DNA of 64,000 nt from Octopus vulgaris (taxonomy: Eukaryota), in NCBI GenBank assembly GCA_951406725.2, contig OX597827.1:49476001-49540000 (forward strand). The letters run 5' to 3'. Below, in pieces: positions 28,961 to 44,652 of this stretch. The notes beneath the pieces are model-generated. The model made no database searches and was not told the origin of the DNA. It saw only the letters and a program-made list of their open reading frames with translations. Within the stretch, counting starts at the first letter, position 1; each line of letters begins with the position of its first letter. The position numbers and the translations under genes are program-made.

Positions 28961-29114
28961 CTATATTTTTTGCATGTTGTTTCTCTAACTCTTTCTCTTG
29001 TTGCAATAGTGCTTGCTTATGTTCTTCAGTGATTTTTTCTTGAGCAGTCACATGAGCCAGTTGCAGTGCCTGTAAAGCCGACTGGTGGTCTTTCATCAAT
29101 TTTGCCTCAAGTTC
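28961..29114 (-). CDS. FAM184A: FAM184A-like internal exon
   Basis: Acceptor ttttgcag, donor gtaagt, 154 bp, phase 0 to 1. Encodes ELEAKLMKDHQSALQALQLAHVTAQEKITEEHKQALLQQEKELEKQHAKNI. Confidence 0.8.
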
Positions 29115-29548
29115 CTGCAAAATGCAAATAAAAAAGAAACCAGATTATTGTAGTGTTGATAACTGTACATAGATACAGCATGGTCAAATTGCTTAGAGAG
29201 TGAGAGAGAGAGAGAGAGAGAGAGTTCATCCAAGAAAAAACAAGGAAAAACACAAGAAAAAACAACAGTGCAAAGATGTGGTACATGCAAAGTATCAGCA
29301 GACACTCAGGGAAGGAGAGAAAGGTAGTTTTATGTTATGAGCAAAGCTCTTTGTCAGAAACAGGAGATGGAAGAAAAACTAAGAGAAAAAGAAAATGGAG
29401 GGGAAAAAAATTCGACATCCATATATATGACAGGCTTCTTTCAGTTTCTGTGTATTAAATCTATCACAAGGCTTTGATTGACTCGGGGTTACAGCAGAAG
29501 ACACTTGCCCCCAAGGTACTAGAAGTATTGGGGTATAATATTACATAC

Positions 29549-29761
29549 CTGAATATCTTTTTTGTGAACCAAATGGATTTCATTCATCGCAGTCTTCTGC
29601 ATCACATTTAATCTTTCTGTTTCTTGTTTCAATCTTTCATCAAAGGAAAGTGCATCACGTTCAAATTGGCCCTCCATTAACCTGAACCGGGCTTTCTCTT
29701 CTTCAATTTGAATGGCACAACGGCTCATAGCAGTGGTCAGTTCACTTTGCAAGGAAAATAT
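29549..29761 (-). CDS. FAM184A: FAM184A-like internal exon
   Basis: Acceptor tttttacaag, donor gtatgt, 213 bp (71 codons), phase 0 to 0. Encodes IFSLQSELTTAMSRCAIQIEEEKARF...EIHLVHKKDIQ with coiled-coil composition. Confidence 0.8.
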
Positions 29762-30183
29762 CTTGTAAAAAGACAGATTAAAAGAAAGAGAACACATAAA
29801 GTTTTAGTGCTATTACCAAATTTAACAGCTTTTGTTATATAAACTGTTTTTGTGTAATTTTTTAAACAGAAGAGGCAGAATAGTTCCCATGGAATGCCTC
29901 CAAGATAGAAAGGGAGAAGAAACTCTGACTCACTATGTACAGACCCAGCTGACAAGCTCCTATACAGTTTCCATTTGCACAGTTTCACTCAAAACACTTA
30001 GTTCATCCTGAAGTTATGGTAGAAGATCTGTTGTGCATGCGTACCAAACCAGAAACCATGTGATTATCGGACAAACATCTTAACCACATGCTCATATCAG
30101 TGACCATAAAAGAATTTATTAGAGTATATGACCATGTGTTTAAGAGGTTCACTTTGCAACCATAATGATCCAGGTTTATTTCT

Positions 30184-30416
30184 TATTTCTTTATTGCCCA
30201 CAAGGGGCTAAACATAGAGGGGACAAACAAGGACAGACAAATGGATTAAGTCGATTATATCGACCCCAGTGCGTAACTGGTACTTATTTAATTGACCCCG
30301 AAAGGATGAAAGGCAAAGTCGACCTCGGCAGAATTTGAACTCAGAACATAACGGCAGACGAAATACCACTAAGCATTTCGCCCAGCGCAATAACATTTCT
30401 GCCAGCTTGCCGCCTT
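30184..30416 (-). mobile_element. SINE with 15-bp target-site duplication
   Basis: Homologous to 23333-23568; TSD tccaggtttatttct at 30169-30183 and 30417-30431. Confidence 0.85.
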
Positions 30417-32108
30417 TCCAGGTTTATTTCTACAGCAGGGCACCTCGGGCAAATGTCTTGCATTTATTTCTTCTGTTTTTTTTCATTTTGTTTTTCTTGT
30501 GTATTTTCAAAGTCCAGTGTCCTGGATTTTAAAAACATCTAACATTATGAACTGATCTTGAAAAATTGCTCAGAGACACACGGCATGTTATATAAGTCTA
30601 CCAATTTAATGTATCCTAAAGCATGAAATTATTAGTAGCTCTTTTGTAATTCATCATCATTTAACGTCCTTTTTCTATGCTGGCATTGGTTGCAAAGTTT
30701 GACCAAAAACTAGTGTGTGTGTGTATGTGTGTGCGCGTGCACCGGTGTGTGTATGTGTGTGTGTGTGCGTGTGTGTGTGTGCTATATTTTCTCTCTCGAT
30801 ACAGTCCTTCAGGTTACTACAGAAGTGAATGGTGGGTTGTGTTGCATCAGACATCATTACACAATAACACAATATATTTCAATGGTCACCATGGATCAAG
30901 GGAATATGGTGATATTATAACTTGAAGGAAGGTGGCAAGCTGGCAGAATCGTTAGCATGCCGGGCAAAATGCTTAGCAGTATTTCTTCTGAAACTACGTC
31001 CTGAGTTCAAAATCCTCTGAGGTCAACTATGCCGTTCATCCTTTTGGGGTCAAGAAAGTAATGGGCTAGTGTTCTTCCCACAAATTCAGGCCTTGTGCCT
31101 TTAATAGGAAGGATATTATAACCTGAAGGGTGATCCAGTAATTATTGAGAGCTAACACTTTATTCACAAAGTTCCTAACTCTGCAGGCTTAATTATTGTT
31201 AGACAGGATAGTTTTAGACTGAAGGATAGATTTCTCTAGACAGTTGATTTTAATTGTGCTGATTGGGTTTTGAATACTCTGAGTCTCTTTTATTTAAGGT
31301 GTTATTTGTTGTAATTAATAAATGATTTTTATATGACATCTTTTTTGACATTACTCCATTTTATCAGAAGTTTGTTGATTCTCCTGCTTCTAAGATCCCA
31401 AATATACTGGGAGAGTAATGTTGCACAGATCTTGACTCTTTATATATGAAGGAGTCTACGAGACAGTAAGATCCCAGAAATGCAGAGACAGAATCAATTC
31501 AAAAGCATTGTTCCAATACATCAAGGAAATAGAAATTAACAATACGCCAATAAACTATATTATTGTTAAAAATCTGTTTCATATGTTAACAAAGTACATA
31601 ATCACATTGCAGAAAATATATACATTTAATCTTAAATTCCTGCAGTGCTTTCTCTCTATAAGGCCCCCACTGCCGCAAGTCACTAACAGGACATGAACCA
31701 TGTATCTGTTACTGGTCAGGTAACTGTATTATCAATTTACATTACAGAGACACTACCATTTTCTTTCATCACAAATTAGGCACTATAAATTGTTCTACTG
31801 CTTTATCTCACTAATTTATCTCCATCATTTACAGTCAGAATACAGTTAAAATATCAAAAACATTTTAAAATAACTAATTTAAGAGGCTAAACGGTCAGGT
31901 GCTCTTTAGTGTAATCAATAATGTAGTCATGCAGTAAGCTACAGGAACATAATTTGAGTCTTGTTTATTGGTCTAATTTTGCTTCTTTTTTACAAATGCA
32001 TGTTTATAATGTCCATTATCACTGAATGTAGAGTTGTTGCTTTTTTTTGTTTGAGTTTTTTTGTGGGGTTTTTTTTTTGTGTCTCAATACAAAAGTAAAC
32101 TTAAATAC

Positions 32109-32259
32109 CTCTTGTTGTAACTGAGCCACTTTATCTTCCCATCCTTTACAGGCAGCTTTTATTTCTGCATCCTTATCATAAGACATTTGATCAAGTGCTT
32201 CTCGCTTTTCAGTTTCCTTCTGGATAATAACCAGCTCACGAACACGGTTGCATTCCAGT
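32109..32259 (-). CDS. FAM184A: FAM184A-like internal exon
   Basis: Acceptor tttcccatcag, donor gtattt, 151 bp, phase 2 to 0. Encodes LECNRVRELVIIQKETEKREALDQMSYDKDAEIKAACKGWEDKVAQLQQE, similar to FAM184A ECSKLREEL...KKSAMSQLLQLKDREKNAARDSWQKKVEDLLNQ (recalled). Confidence 0.82.
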
Positions 32260-32884
32260 CTGATGGGAAAAAGAAAAGCAAGCATTTAATACTAAACATA
32301 AAAGGTATTTTTTTGCTTCTTGTCTGTACTAAAATCTTCATTTCAATATAGATTTTATGAAAGATTCTTTTTCCTTCTTGGGATGACTTGGCAAAATGGA
32401 TAAAATGTTCAGTTAAATTTCCAAGACACACACACCACAGAGACTATACACATTTATGTGAAACCAATATCAAGTGGAACTAACAAAAGATTTCCATTAT
32501 TAAAAAATATATTAATAATGTATTGAATTCAGCTTCCTGACAACCAGAACATTACTCACTTCAAGCTATGTGAGTGACAATTATAGTTTCTCCTTCAAAC
32601 ATTACTGTGAAACTAAAGAAGCCAATTCTGTATTTCAAGACAATCACAAATGTTGGTTTAAGTCAATGTATATAGGAACATATATGACCCTGAGATGAAG
32701 GAGTTTGCTTCACAACAACATGTTGCCAGGTTCAATTCTAATGTGTGCTATCATGGACAAGTGTTTTTTTGGGGGGCTTTTTTTTACCATTATGTCGTGA
32801 TGACCAATAATTTGTGAGAAAAATTTAGTAAATGGTAACTGGGTAGAAGCTCATCATGTGTGAGTATGTGTGTGTGCATTTATA

Positions 32885-32934
<50 letters not shown>

Positions 32935-35509
32935 GTGTGGCTTAACAGTTTGGGTATTTGGTTGATGATTGTGAAGTTGTGAGTTTGAACAAGACACTTT
33001 ATATCACATTACTCCAGTCCATTCAGCTGGCAAAAATGAGTAGAGGCTGTATTTCAAAGGGGCCACCCTTGTCACATTCTGTATCACGCTGAATCTTCCT
33101 GAGAACTTTGTAAAGGGAACACATTTCTGTGGAGTGCTCAGTCACTTGCACATTAATTTCACAAGCAGGATGCCCCATTGATGAAATCAACTGGAATCTT
33201 CATCGTCATAACTAATAGAGTACCACTTTTTAACCTAATACTAATCTTTGGTGTGGTACATAATGACACTCTGATTGTTTATGGAATAATTGAGTGTAAG
33301 AGATTTAAAGCATGTATACCATTTTATATCTTGTTCCTTTCCCTGTTTTATGTAATACAGAGTCAGTGACTGGACCATAGATACATACAAAGAAAGACTT
33401 TCTTAATAGTATTATGTACTATATATAATAGTGTTATATACTATATATAAAGTATCGATGTCTTTCTTTGTAATTCTACAACCTGGTTCACTGTTCTCTG
33501 TGACCAGATAAGTCATGGGTGTATAACAAAATACTTTAACCCTTTAGTGTTCGCATTATTCTGCCAAAATTAATGCTTTTTTATCCAAATTGTTTTGAAC
33601 TAATCAAGCATTATTCTTGTAGCTATGAGATTTTGATGAGGTAGCTGTTAATTTTTAAAACGGTATTGTAGGATTGGTGTGAGAGACCAGATCTGGCCAG
33701 TTTGAACATAAAACAGGCAGAATACTTCTGGCCGGATATGGCCGGTTTAAATGCTAAAGGGTTAATACTGATGTTATGTGATGTTATATGACAATGATAA
33801 AACACTTCATTGTTGCTGGTCAACTTTAACAAAATATGAAAAGTGATTATGAGAAAGCTCAATGTTTTGGCTACATAGTTCATAAGTGTTTCATTAACTT
33901 GTTTCACTGAGCTCACATTCTACACTAGGTAAGAAATTTTCAAGCATGGAACTCTATTTGTAATATTTGTATGAGATAAAACTGACATGAATGAAAATAT
34001 CAAACCAAAAGGCCTGATATTTGAGGGTAAGAGTAAATCCATGTCTGTATCGAGAGTATGTCGATGATGTAAGCAAAGTAAAATGATGAAAGTTTGGTTT
34101 CAAATTTGGGCTACAGACTCATGTGGATCTTATTTCTACTTCATACTGGAAGATCGTTCACCATTAGATAATAAATATAGATTAGTGTAAAACCAGTGCT
34201 GAGATACAGAGGGGATTAATAGGGTTTAGTAAGGTGTGCAGTATTTTATTTTTAAGAGTTTAATGAGGAGGAAGGGACAATGCATTTGTATTTTGAAATA
34301 GCATCCAACAGCTGATGCTCAATTTGGACATCAATGTCAGTAGAAAAATACAGATAGGGAGGGAATTGCAAAGAGCTAAACTTCTAGGGAGGAAAGATTA
34401 GGCAGAGCAGTCAGTAAGTGGAGGCACAATATGGGTCTTGAGAGGAGGAGAAACAGGTGTGTGGGGTGAGTGTGGATGGAGATGGTACGCAACTAGCTAC
34501 TTCAGAAAAGTAGAATCTGTTGCAGTTTCAAATGCAATAGAGAGAGAAGAGACAGTTTGTCTGTGGGTCAGAAGGAATAGTATATCAGTGAGTCAGATGC
34601 TTTTATTTTGGTTGAGGTCAAGAATGTGCTGCAATGAAATGCTGCAAAGCATGTCATAATCTAGCACTCTTCAGTTTCAACCACTTCCACAGGCCTGAAT
34701 ACATTAGGAGCCACTATGGAATCACCTGACCAACTAGAAAGAACTACGGATTTTTTCAAATCTCACCCAACTGTCTTTAAAAAGAGGAAAAAACACACTG
34801 GATAATGTAACCCTAGGTCCACTGTACCCAAACAGGGGCAAAGATCTTTTGTCAGGTCTGCATACAACACACACTAGCAACATACCAATCAACATCATAC
34901 TGATGCTCCCTCTCAAGACACATTATGCAGACCCTCCCTTTCCAACCCATATACACACACCTAGCTCTTGCTGTCCCTCAATTTACACACACATATCTCA
35001 GACCATCCATCCTTCCCTACCACCATGATTACCACCACACATAACACCCCACCAATCTCATATTTCCCTTCATCACCACACGCCTCCCTGTTTAATATAT
35101 TGTGAAAGACAACAATGCGAAACATGAGATGAAAATGGAAATATTAATCCTCCAGGCCATCCCACCACTACAAAAAAGCCTCATACTTTTTAACCCCTAG
35201 AATCACCATCCTTCCTTTCAGTAACGTTTTCCTTTCTTATAATACAAAGGTCATAAGGTCAAGTTTCCTCCACTCCTAAATGTATGTCGTATATTTACAA
35301 CTATACACACATATATACACACACACTTCCGCAAAGCCATGCCTGGCTGAGAAGCTCACTTCCAAACCACATAGCTTCACATTCAATTCTATTATGTGAC
35401 ATCTTTCATAAGTGTTTTTATTACAGTTCTGAACTGGACAAAGCCTTGAGGGTGAATTTGGTAACAAGAAACCGAAAGTTCCTCATATACACATATACCT
35501 ATACCTATA

Positions 35510-35595
<86 letters not shown>

Positions 35596-35834
35596 CAATT
35601 AGAGTTAAATAAGCCTCATTAAGGGATAATGATATCCAATGAATTTGCAAGTTTATTACCTACTAATTATTTTGAATATTAATTTTGATACTCAAAAATC
35701 GGTAATTAAATAAAACAAGGTTTATATTTAAGGAAAAATAGAGATTAATCAATTATTAATTATTAAAATATAAATATAATTATTAATTGATTTATCTCTA
35801 TTTTTATATTTTTCTGATATATATATATATATAT

Positions 35835-36030
35835 ATCATCATCATCATCGTTTAACATCCGCTTTCCATGCTAGCATGGGTTGGACGATTTTGACAGAGG
35901 GCTGGCGAACCAGATGGTTGCACCTGTCTCCAATCTTGATTTGGAAGAGTTTCTATGGCTGGATGCCCTTCCTAATGCCAACCACTCCGAGAGCGTAGTG
36001 GGTGCTTTTTACGTGCCACCGACACGAGGG
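35835..36030 (-). mobile_element. (GAT)n-tailed retroposon 3' end (RTE-type tail); other copies near 27000, 27330, 48617, 51650, 58590 and 59487
   Basis: Recurrent agtggttggcattaggaagggcatccagc...ccatgctagcatggaaagcggatgttaaacgatgatgatg. Confidence 0.7.
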
Positions 36031-36039
36031 CCAGTTTAC

Positions 36040-36990
<951 letters not shown>

Positions 36991-37110
36991 ATAAAAATGG
37001 TAAATAATTTTCCTGTGGTTTTTCATGTAACCAACAATTATTTACCGGTAAATTTCGGTATGTAAATACGACAAAATAATTGTCAAGACCTTTGTAAGGT
37101 TCAGTCAGTA

Positions 37111-37354
37111 TATAGTAAAGAAAAATAAGTTGGCTAGCAGCGAGCTGTTTCGCCTCATACCGAAGGAATTAGAAATGGCAGTCAAAGACCGTTTTTTCCA
37201 TTTCTATAAGTGGAGGTTTTGTGTATGTGATCCGCAAGGGCCTTCGTTTTTGGAATCTCCACTTATAGAAATGGAAAAAACGGTCTTTGACTGCCATTTC
37301 TAATTCCTTCGGTATGAGGCGAAACAGCTCGCTGCTAGCCAACTTATTTTTCTT

Positions 37355-37361
<7 letters not shown>
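37111..37361. repeat. 105-bp inverted repeat with 41-bp spacer
   Basis: Arms 37111-37215 and 37257-37361 appear to be exact reverse complements by eye; located between two (TA)n tracts. Confidence 0.92.
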
Positions 37362-37422
<61 letters not shown>

Positions 37423-37631
37423 CAACACACATATATATATACACACATACATATACATATATATACATACATATATGTATACATACATATATATATATAT
37501 ACATACATATATATATATATATACATATATGCATACATATATATACATATACATATATATATAGGTATATATATATGTATATGTACATATATATACAACT
37601 ATATATATATATACATATATATACATACATA

Positions 37632-37683
<52 letters not shown>

Positions 37684-37706
37684 CATATATATATACATAT
37701 ATATAC

Positions 37707-37779
<73 letters not shown>

Positions 37780-37830
37780 CATATAAATATACATATATAT
37801 ATATACATACATATATATACATATATATAT
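37362..37830. repeat. Interrupted (TA)n/(TACA)n microsatellite
   Basis: Seen directly. Confidence 0.95.
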
Positions 37831-37892
37831 AGGCATATTAAAAATGTTTCCCATAAATGAACTTAAAGGCTATATTCTTCTTTTTTTTTTAT

Positions 37893-38266
37893 TCTTTTAC
37901 TTGTTTCAGTCATATGACTGCAGCCATGCCAGAGCACCACCTTTAGTTGAGCAAATCAAACCCAGGACTTATTCTTTGTAAGCCTACTACTTATTCTGCT
38001 GTTGTCTTTTGCCGAAACACAAAGTTATGGGGACATAAACAGACCAATATTGGTTGTCAAGTGATGGAGGGGGTGCAAACACAGACACACACACAAATAT
38101 ATACATATATATATGACGAGCTTTTTTCAGTTTTTGTCTACCAAATCCACTCACAAGGTTTTGGTCAGCCCAAGGGTATAGTAGAAGACACTCGCACAAG
38201 ATGCCACACAGTGGGACTGAACCCAGAAACATATGGTTGAGAAGCAAGCTTCTTACCACACAGCCA
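37893..38266 (-). mobile_element. SINE of the dominant family
   Basis: Homologous to 39267-39650. Confidence 0.75.
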
Positions 38267-38278
38267 CTTCTATATATA

Positions 38279-38311
<33 letters not shown>

Positions 38312-39189
38312 GTACACACACACACACACACACATGCACATACATACATGCATACATGTACGTTGAGTGTTAACTCATTATTGCATATGACTGTTCTTTG
38401 CTCTCCCTTCCATATTCCTTTCCAAGTTAAAATACCCTCTTGATATGTACTCGCACAATGGCAGAAACATACAACAGCATAGTGGAACTAAGACTTCACT
38501 TCCTAGAAACGGACAAGCACATTAACGGAGAATAGCACTCATGCAGGTGACCACAGAATATACTCAGTTACACATGCATAGTATACAAACACTACATACA
38601 TACACACGTTATATACATACATTACATATACATCACATACGTACATAGACACATGTAGATGTACATTACTTTCTATTACATGCATTAAGCACATTACAAC
38701 ACAACACACATGTATATGTGCACATGCATACACACACAGAAACACACATTCATACATATACACATACATACATGCGTACATACATACATACATGCGTACA
38801 TACATACATACATGCGTACGTGCGTGCATGCGTACATACACACACACACACACATACATACATACATACATACATACATACTGAGCAGGCAAAGAGCAGT
38901 TTAATCAGAGAGAAAAGGCTGCTCCCATAACTTTTACAGAGCCATGGAGACTATTGGAGTGAAAGAAAAAAAAAAGAAGAAATTAAAATTCAGGGTTGTA
39001 ACAGTAAGAAAGCCAAAATACTGAGTTACCCTTAGACCAGAGAATTTGTATTCAAATTGGCAAAAAGTCTGATAGAATAAGTACCAGTCTTAAAAAATTT
39101 AAGTACTGGGGTCAATTTGTTTGACTAAAATTCTTCAAGGCAGTGCCCCAGCATGGCCCAGGTCTAAAGGCTGAAATATATAAAAAAAT

Positions 39190-39229
<40 letters not shown>

Positions 39230-39231
39230 TA

Positions 39232-39266
<35 letters not shown>

Positions 39267-39269
<3 letters not shown>

Positions 39270-39650
39270 TGTGTGGTAAGTAGCTTGTTTACCAACCACA
39301 TGGTTCCGGGTTCAGTCCCACTGCGTGGCACCTTGGGCAAGTGCCTTCTACTATAGCCCCGGGGCTGACCAAAGCCTTGTGAGTGGATTTGGTAGACGGA
39401 AACTGAAAGAAGCCCGTCGTATATATGTATATATATGTATGTGCATGTATGTTTGTGTGTCTGTGTTTGTCCCCATAGTATTGCTTGACAACCGATGCTG
39501 GTGTGTTTATGTCCCCATCACTTAGCGGTTCAGCAAAGGAGACCGATAGATTAAGTACTGGGCTTACAAAGAATAAGTCCCAGGGTCGAGTTGCTCAGTT
39601 AAAGGCGCTGCACCAGCATGGCCACAGTCAAAATGACTGAAACAAGTAAA
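39267..39650 (+). mobile_element. SINE of the dominant family
   Basis: Head ggctgtgtggtaagtagcttg...gggttcagtccca, internal TA/TG microsatellite, tail cagcatggccacagtcaaaatgactgaaacaag. Confidence 0.8.
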
Positions 39651-40140
39651 AAAAATATATAGAGAGAGAGAGAGAGACAGACAGATAGACAGATAGACAG
39701 ACAGATAGACATGTCAGACAGAAATACATGCTCATACATGCACACACACACACACACACACATGTGTATATAACTAAATATGATAATAATGTTCTTACCT
39801 TTCTTCTCTACACCCCACAGACATACCACACACCTCACACCACATACCAAAGAGAAAACTTCCAGGTAATTTCTTGACTTGCTAGAAATAGCAAACAAAT
39901 TTCCCACGAACTATATCCTATTGTCTTAAGAACAGAAGAGCACAATGAATAGTGTAGTCCTAGATACATCATGACTGGAAAAGTAGAAAGGTTGATCGGG
40001 ACTTCAATGCTTTCAATTATAAATTAGTACTGAACTGGGGACTACAGCCTACACACACACCACAATCTATACATACAGCCAAGTAAAAATGTGCAGAGAT
40101 AGTAGCATGTAGACTTGGGACAGATAATAATTTTGGCAAT

Positions 40141-40190
40141 GAAAAAGAAAGGAAGAAAGAAAGAAAGAAAAGAAAGAAAGAAAGAAAGAA

Positions 40191-40226
<36 letters not shown>

Positions 40227-40268
40227 AAGAAAGAAAGAACGAAAGAAAGAAAGAAAGAAAGAAAGAAA
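40141..40268. repeat. (GAAA)n microsatellite
   Basis: Seen directly. Confidence 0.95.
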
Positions 40269-42389
40269 CTGACAAGTGATGACTTGCAAATGGCTTTCTT
40301 GTGTGAAACTTCTAGAAACAGGTAGACACAATTTGTTGAATGAAAGAGAGAAATACCACAAGATCAGAGTGGTGACCTGTGTTGGTTAGTAACTGGTTAA
40401 TTTTGTGAGTGAGCACAAGAGTGGTGGTGGGTGGACATCAGTCAGTTGGTGAAAGGATTTGTCCAGGAGTGGTGACAGACTAATTTAACTGCTACATCTT
40501 ATCAGAAGTGGTGGCGGTGTTGGTGGTGGTATTAGGGGTGGTCATTGTCCATTGTAATTGTTATCATTATAGTGATAGCTGTAGATATGATGGCGATGGT
40601 GTTGGCAATGTGTAGTGGCGGAGAAGTGAGTAGTAAATTGCTTAATCAATCAACAAAATATGAAGGCAGACAGAAGCAGAAGCGGAAGCGGAGCAGGTGA
40701 AGATTAGAAGAAAAATGAGAGAGAGAGTGGGGTAGGAGGGATAGGGAATGAGATAGAAGGTTGAATATGAACGCAAAAAATAGCATCAGATCATGGAAAG
40801 GGTTATTAAGAGGTGGGAAGGGCAAATTAAAGAAACCCCTACCAGCATCAGCTGTCTTCAAGATAATGACAATTTGACAGACTCGTTATTACAGAGATTA
40901 TCATCATCATTCCTATTAACTTCATCATCACCAGTTCCCTTCATTAGCACCATGGTCATAATTTAATTGTTGCCATCATTATCATGAGAAATACTTCAGG
41001 CACTTTAGAATTACACTTCAACAGATTCAGAATTAATACCCAACCACTACTGCCTGCTTCATACACACACTTCTGTCTATCACCTGGTTTAACACCATCA
41101 CCTGACACTTTGGGTGGAGCAGGTTTCCTACCTTCAGAGTTGAAGGCCCTGTTAAAAGCTATGTGCACTGTCTTCTTTGTAGAAGACAATAAAAGCAGAA
41201 AAGTAATTTGATCTTAACTGGTTCCTTCCTTTTGAACAATCTGTCTGTCTGCTAAGAGCAGAATTTGCCAGTGGTAGGTTAGAAAGTGATGTCAGCCTCC
41301 TATTCATCGACAACCCTATGATAATTCTTTTACCTATATAGTAATTTCCTAACATATTCTGTGATGAAATGATATATATATATACACATAAAAACACAAG
41401 ATGAAATTAATGAAAAGGAGAAAAAAATTAACAAAATTACCTGATTAAATCCAGGCCTACCTCAAGGACAACTCTTTCAGCAGAATAATTAGTTACATGG
41501 ATAATTTTTTTCCCCAATAAACATTAAACATTATATAAATACTTGAAAGATTGCAAAATGTGAAACTCAAGTAGTGACCAATTATTCAGTTTACATGAAT
41601 ATATGAATTGCACTTCATGTATTACATATTAACTTGCTTTTATTATTTTCAAACTGTACTCAGAGTTTCTCATTACATGCAATCATTCAAACCATTCAGG
41701 TGGCAAAATGATGGAGAGGAAGAACTTTGTGTGGCCTAGTTGTGAATACAGTTTTATATTGATTTTCATTTTTTGTTAGCAGTCAGGTGAAAGGCTGCAG
41801 CATGCTTTAGTGGAAGCATTTAGTATTAAAAGATAACTCTGTAAGTATAATCCCTGGAGCAGGACAACAAAAGGGGTATTTTGGAAAGGTGAGTAAGGGG
41901 AGGTGAGGATTCAAAAACTTCAATTCCAACTTTATCAAATTAATAGAAAAAGGTAAGACTCAGGGATTGTACTAACTACTTTTGTAATTTTTCAAGTGGT
42001 TACATGTAAGCCTTCACACAATCTTTTACCATTTACATGCTTAACCAAAAATATATATCAACAAGAGAGCACTGCACACTCTAAACTCCAGTCTGACAAC
42101 ATCATTAAAACTGAAACAAAAAAACCTAACCCCACCACCTATATTATAAACACAAAAGCTAAATCACTAGCCTCCAGACTAAAATCAGAAACCATCAATC
42201 AAACATCTTTCCACAAGTTCACCTTACATTATTTTTAAGGATTATGAAACCAATTTCCCTCTTCAATACTAAGTGTATACCACCCACTTCAAAAACAAAA
42301 GTAACTGGTTTTGAATACAAAGTGTATACTTGACTCAATTAGCCTTAAGATTATAAATGCTGGGCAATTAGCACAATGGAACGGCAGTA

Positions 42390-43330
42390 ATAAAAAAACA
42401 TAGTAATAATAATGAAATTATCGTGTATAGTACTCAGGTGTACTACAACTCATCAAAGGTGCATCTACAGTACATAAAATTATGTACAAAAGTCAAGAAG
42501 GTGAACCTGTGTAAGAGTCATGATATACATGCGTGCATGTGTGCATGTCAAGTGTATAGTTACCAGGAGTAGTGTTGGTAAATTTCAGGAAGCATGGTGG
42601 CTTTAAAGGATGCAATGTCTCAGCAACTAACAACTGATGCAGGTAGTTTGTTCCATGCTTCAGCAACTCTGAGTGTGAAAAAAATGTTTCCAAAAGTCAT
42701 GGGAGCTGTGCTGTTTTCTGACTTTGTGGGTATGCCCACATGTTAGACACATGGAACTCAAAAAGGTGCTCAAGGTGGTTGTTGGCATGATGGTTAACAA
42801 TTTTGTGGGTGTTTACCAAGTTAATTACCAGACATCAGAGCTTCAATGTATCCATGCCCAGGGAAGCAAGGCATTCAGAGTATGGAAGATGCCTGATGGA
42901 GGGTATTCACTCAATTGCACATCTGTGAACAGTTTCCAGAAGGTCAATGTCCTGAGCAAGATAGGGGTTCTTGACTGGTGATGCAAATTTCAAGTGTAGC
43001 TGCACCATAGCCATATACAGCCTTAAACAGATAGCTGGAGAGCGGCTGACAAAGGTCTTACTGAGTGATGCCACGACACCCTCAGCCTTCTTGACAATTT
43101 TAGAGATGTGCTTTGTCCAGCGCAAATCACTGCTGACAGTAATGCCCAGGTCACATTAACAAGAAGACTTCTTGATATTAGTGTTGTGAAGAGAGTGTGG
43201 ATGCTGGGTTTTCCCTCCCAAAATGCATGGTGATACATTTGTCCACTGCCAACTTGAGTTGCCAGTCCATGATTCAGTGTTGCATTGTGTCCAGGTTCGA
43301 TTGCAGGAAGGATCTATAATGTTCAGGATC
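42390..43330 (-). mobile_element. Decayed CR1-type LINE 3' fragment
   Basis: WTKHISKIVKKAEGVVASLSKTFVSRSPAICLRLY...HLKFASPV.NPYLAQDIDLLETVHR is a CR1 post-RT region. Confidence 0.75.
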
Positions 43331-44297
43331 TGTCCTTTTTATCTCAGGTTCAATAATATAAAATACAAAAGATTTAACAATATGAAATATAGTTTAAGGT
43401 GGTACTCCAGCATGGCTGCAGTCAAATGACTGATACAAGTAAATAAATGAATAAAAGATATAAAATAAAAAAAGGTTCATCTTGCTCAAAATAGTGGAAT
43501 TTTATCCACCTAAATTTCTCTTCCTGAAAGCCTCAAATTTATGTAAACATTTATTATTTTAAGTGACATTGATATCAAGATTTTAAGGAATGCCATCAAG
43601 ATTTGATCCTTGGCTACCTTTAACTGAGACCACTTTGTTCTGAGTATTCAAACCATACCCACAGTTCACACTCCCAACCACATTTTTTCATCAGACATTA
43701 ACCCGTATGTGTTTAGACTGGGCATAAGCAGCGTCAGTCAAACCAGTCTGAGAGCATAGCTTAAAAAAAAAAAACAAACAAAGTCTTTATCTCCATTTCT
43801 TTGACTAACCTATAAAAACAAATTTACAAGGATCAACTAAATCAATTATATACTACTCTTATATGTCAACAGCCTTGTATCAATACCTTGACTCCCATAA
43901 TCAATAACAACCCAATCACTATAGCTTAATTTCCATAATCAATAACCTAAATAAGACACGGGTTTTATTAAAATTACTTGCTTTTGATGAAAGACAAAGT
44001 TACAACATTTGTAAGTGAACCAATAATCTTTCTATGGGATACATTCATTTTTTTTTACTCATTGGTTGTCAACCAGGGTAATATTTCGCCATGAACAGAC
44101 ATCTTTTCATGGAATATTGGAAACAAAGGACACTGCTTACATAAAAGTGACACTCATTTATAACGATCATGCGACGTCAAATAAAGGAGAGTCACACCCA
44201 CCTACACACCCTCAGAAGTCAAAGAAGCTCCTTCTTTGTTATAAACATCTAATTATTAAAGTGGAGAAATTATCAGAAAAGCCATTTCTATTCATCT

Positions 44298-44355
<58 letters not shown>

Positions 44356-44607
44356 GCAACAATACAATGTTTAAAAATGTTTCTTAAAGCCCCTAACAAT
44401 ACAAGTCGGATGTCAATGGAAAAAACAGAAGCAAAACAAAAGCTCAATTAAAAGGGCTACACTTTTTTTTGTCTTTGTTTTGTTCCTTTATTTCCATTTT
44501 GCAATGAGGCAACTTTCTAAAACACTTTCAACCCTGTTTAACAATGCTCCATATCTACAATCTCTATTACTTAAGTATTACAAACACACACACAAATACA
44601 TATTTAC

Positions 44608-44652
<45 letters not shown>

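Noticed and set aside
40956-41397. Possible extra coding exon in the large intron
   Set aside because: No convincing splice-bounded coiled-coil ORF, and exons 58400-58521 and 32109-32259 already join in frame.
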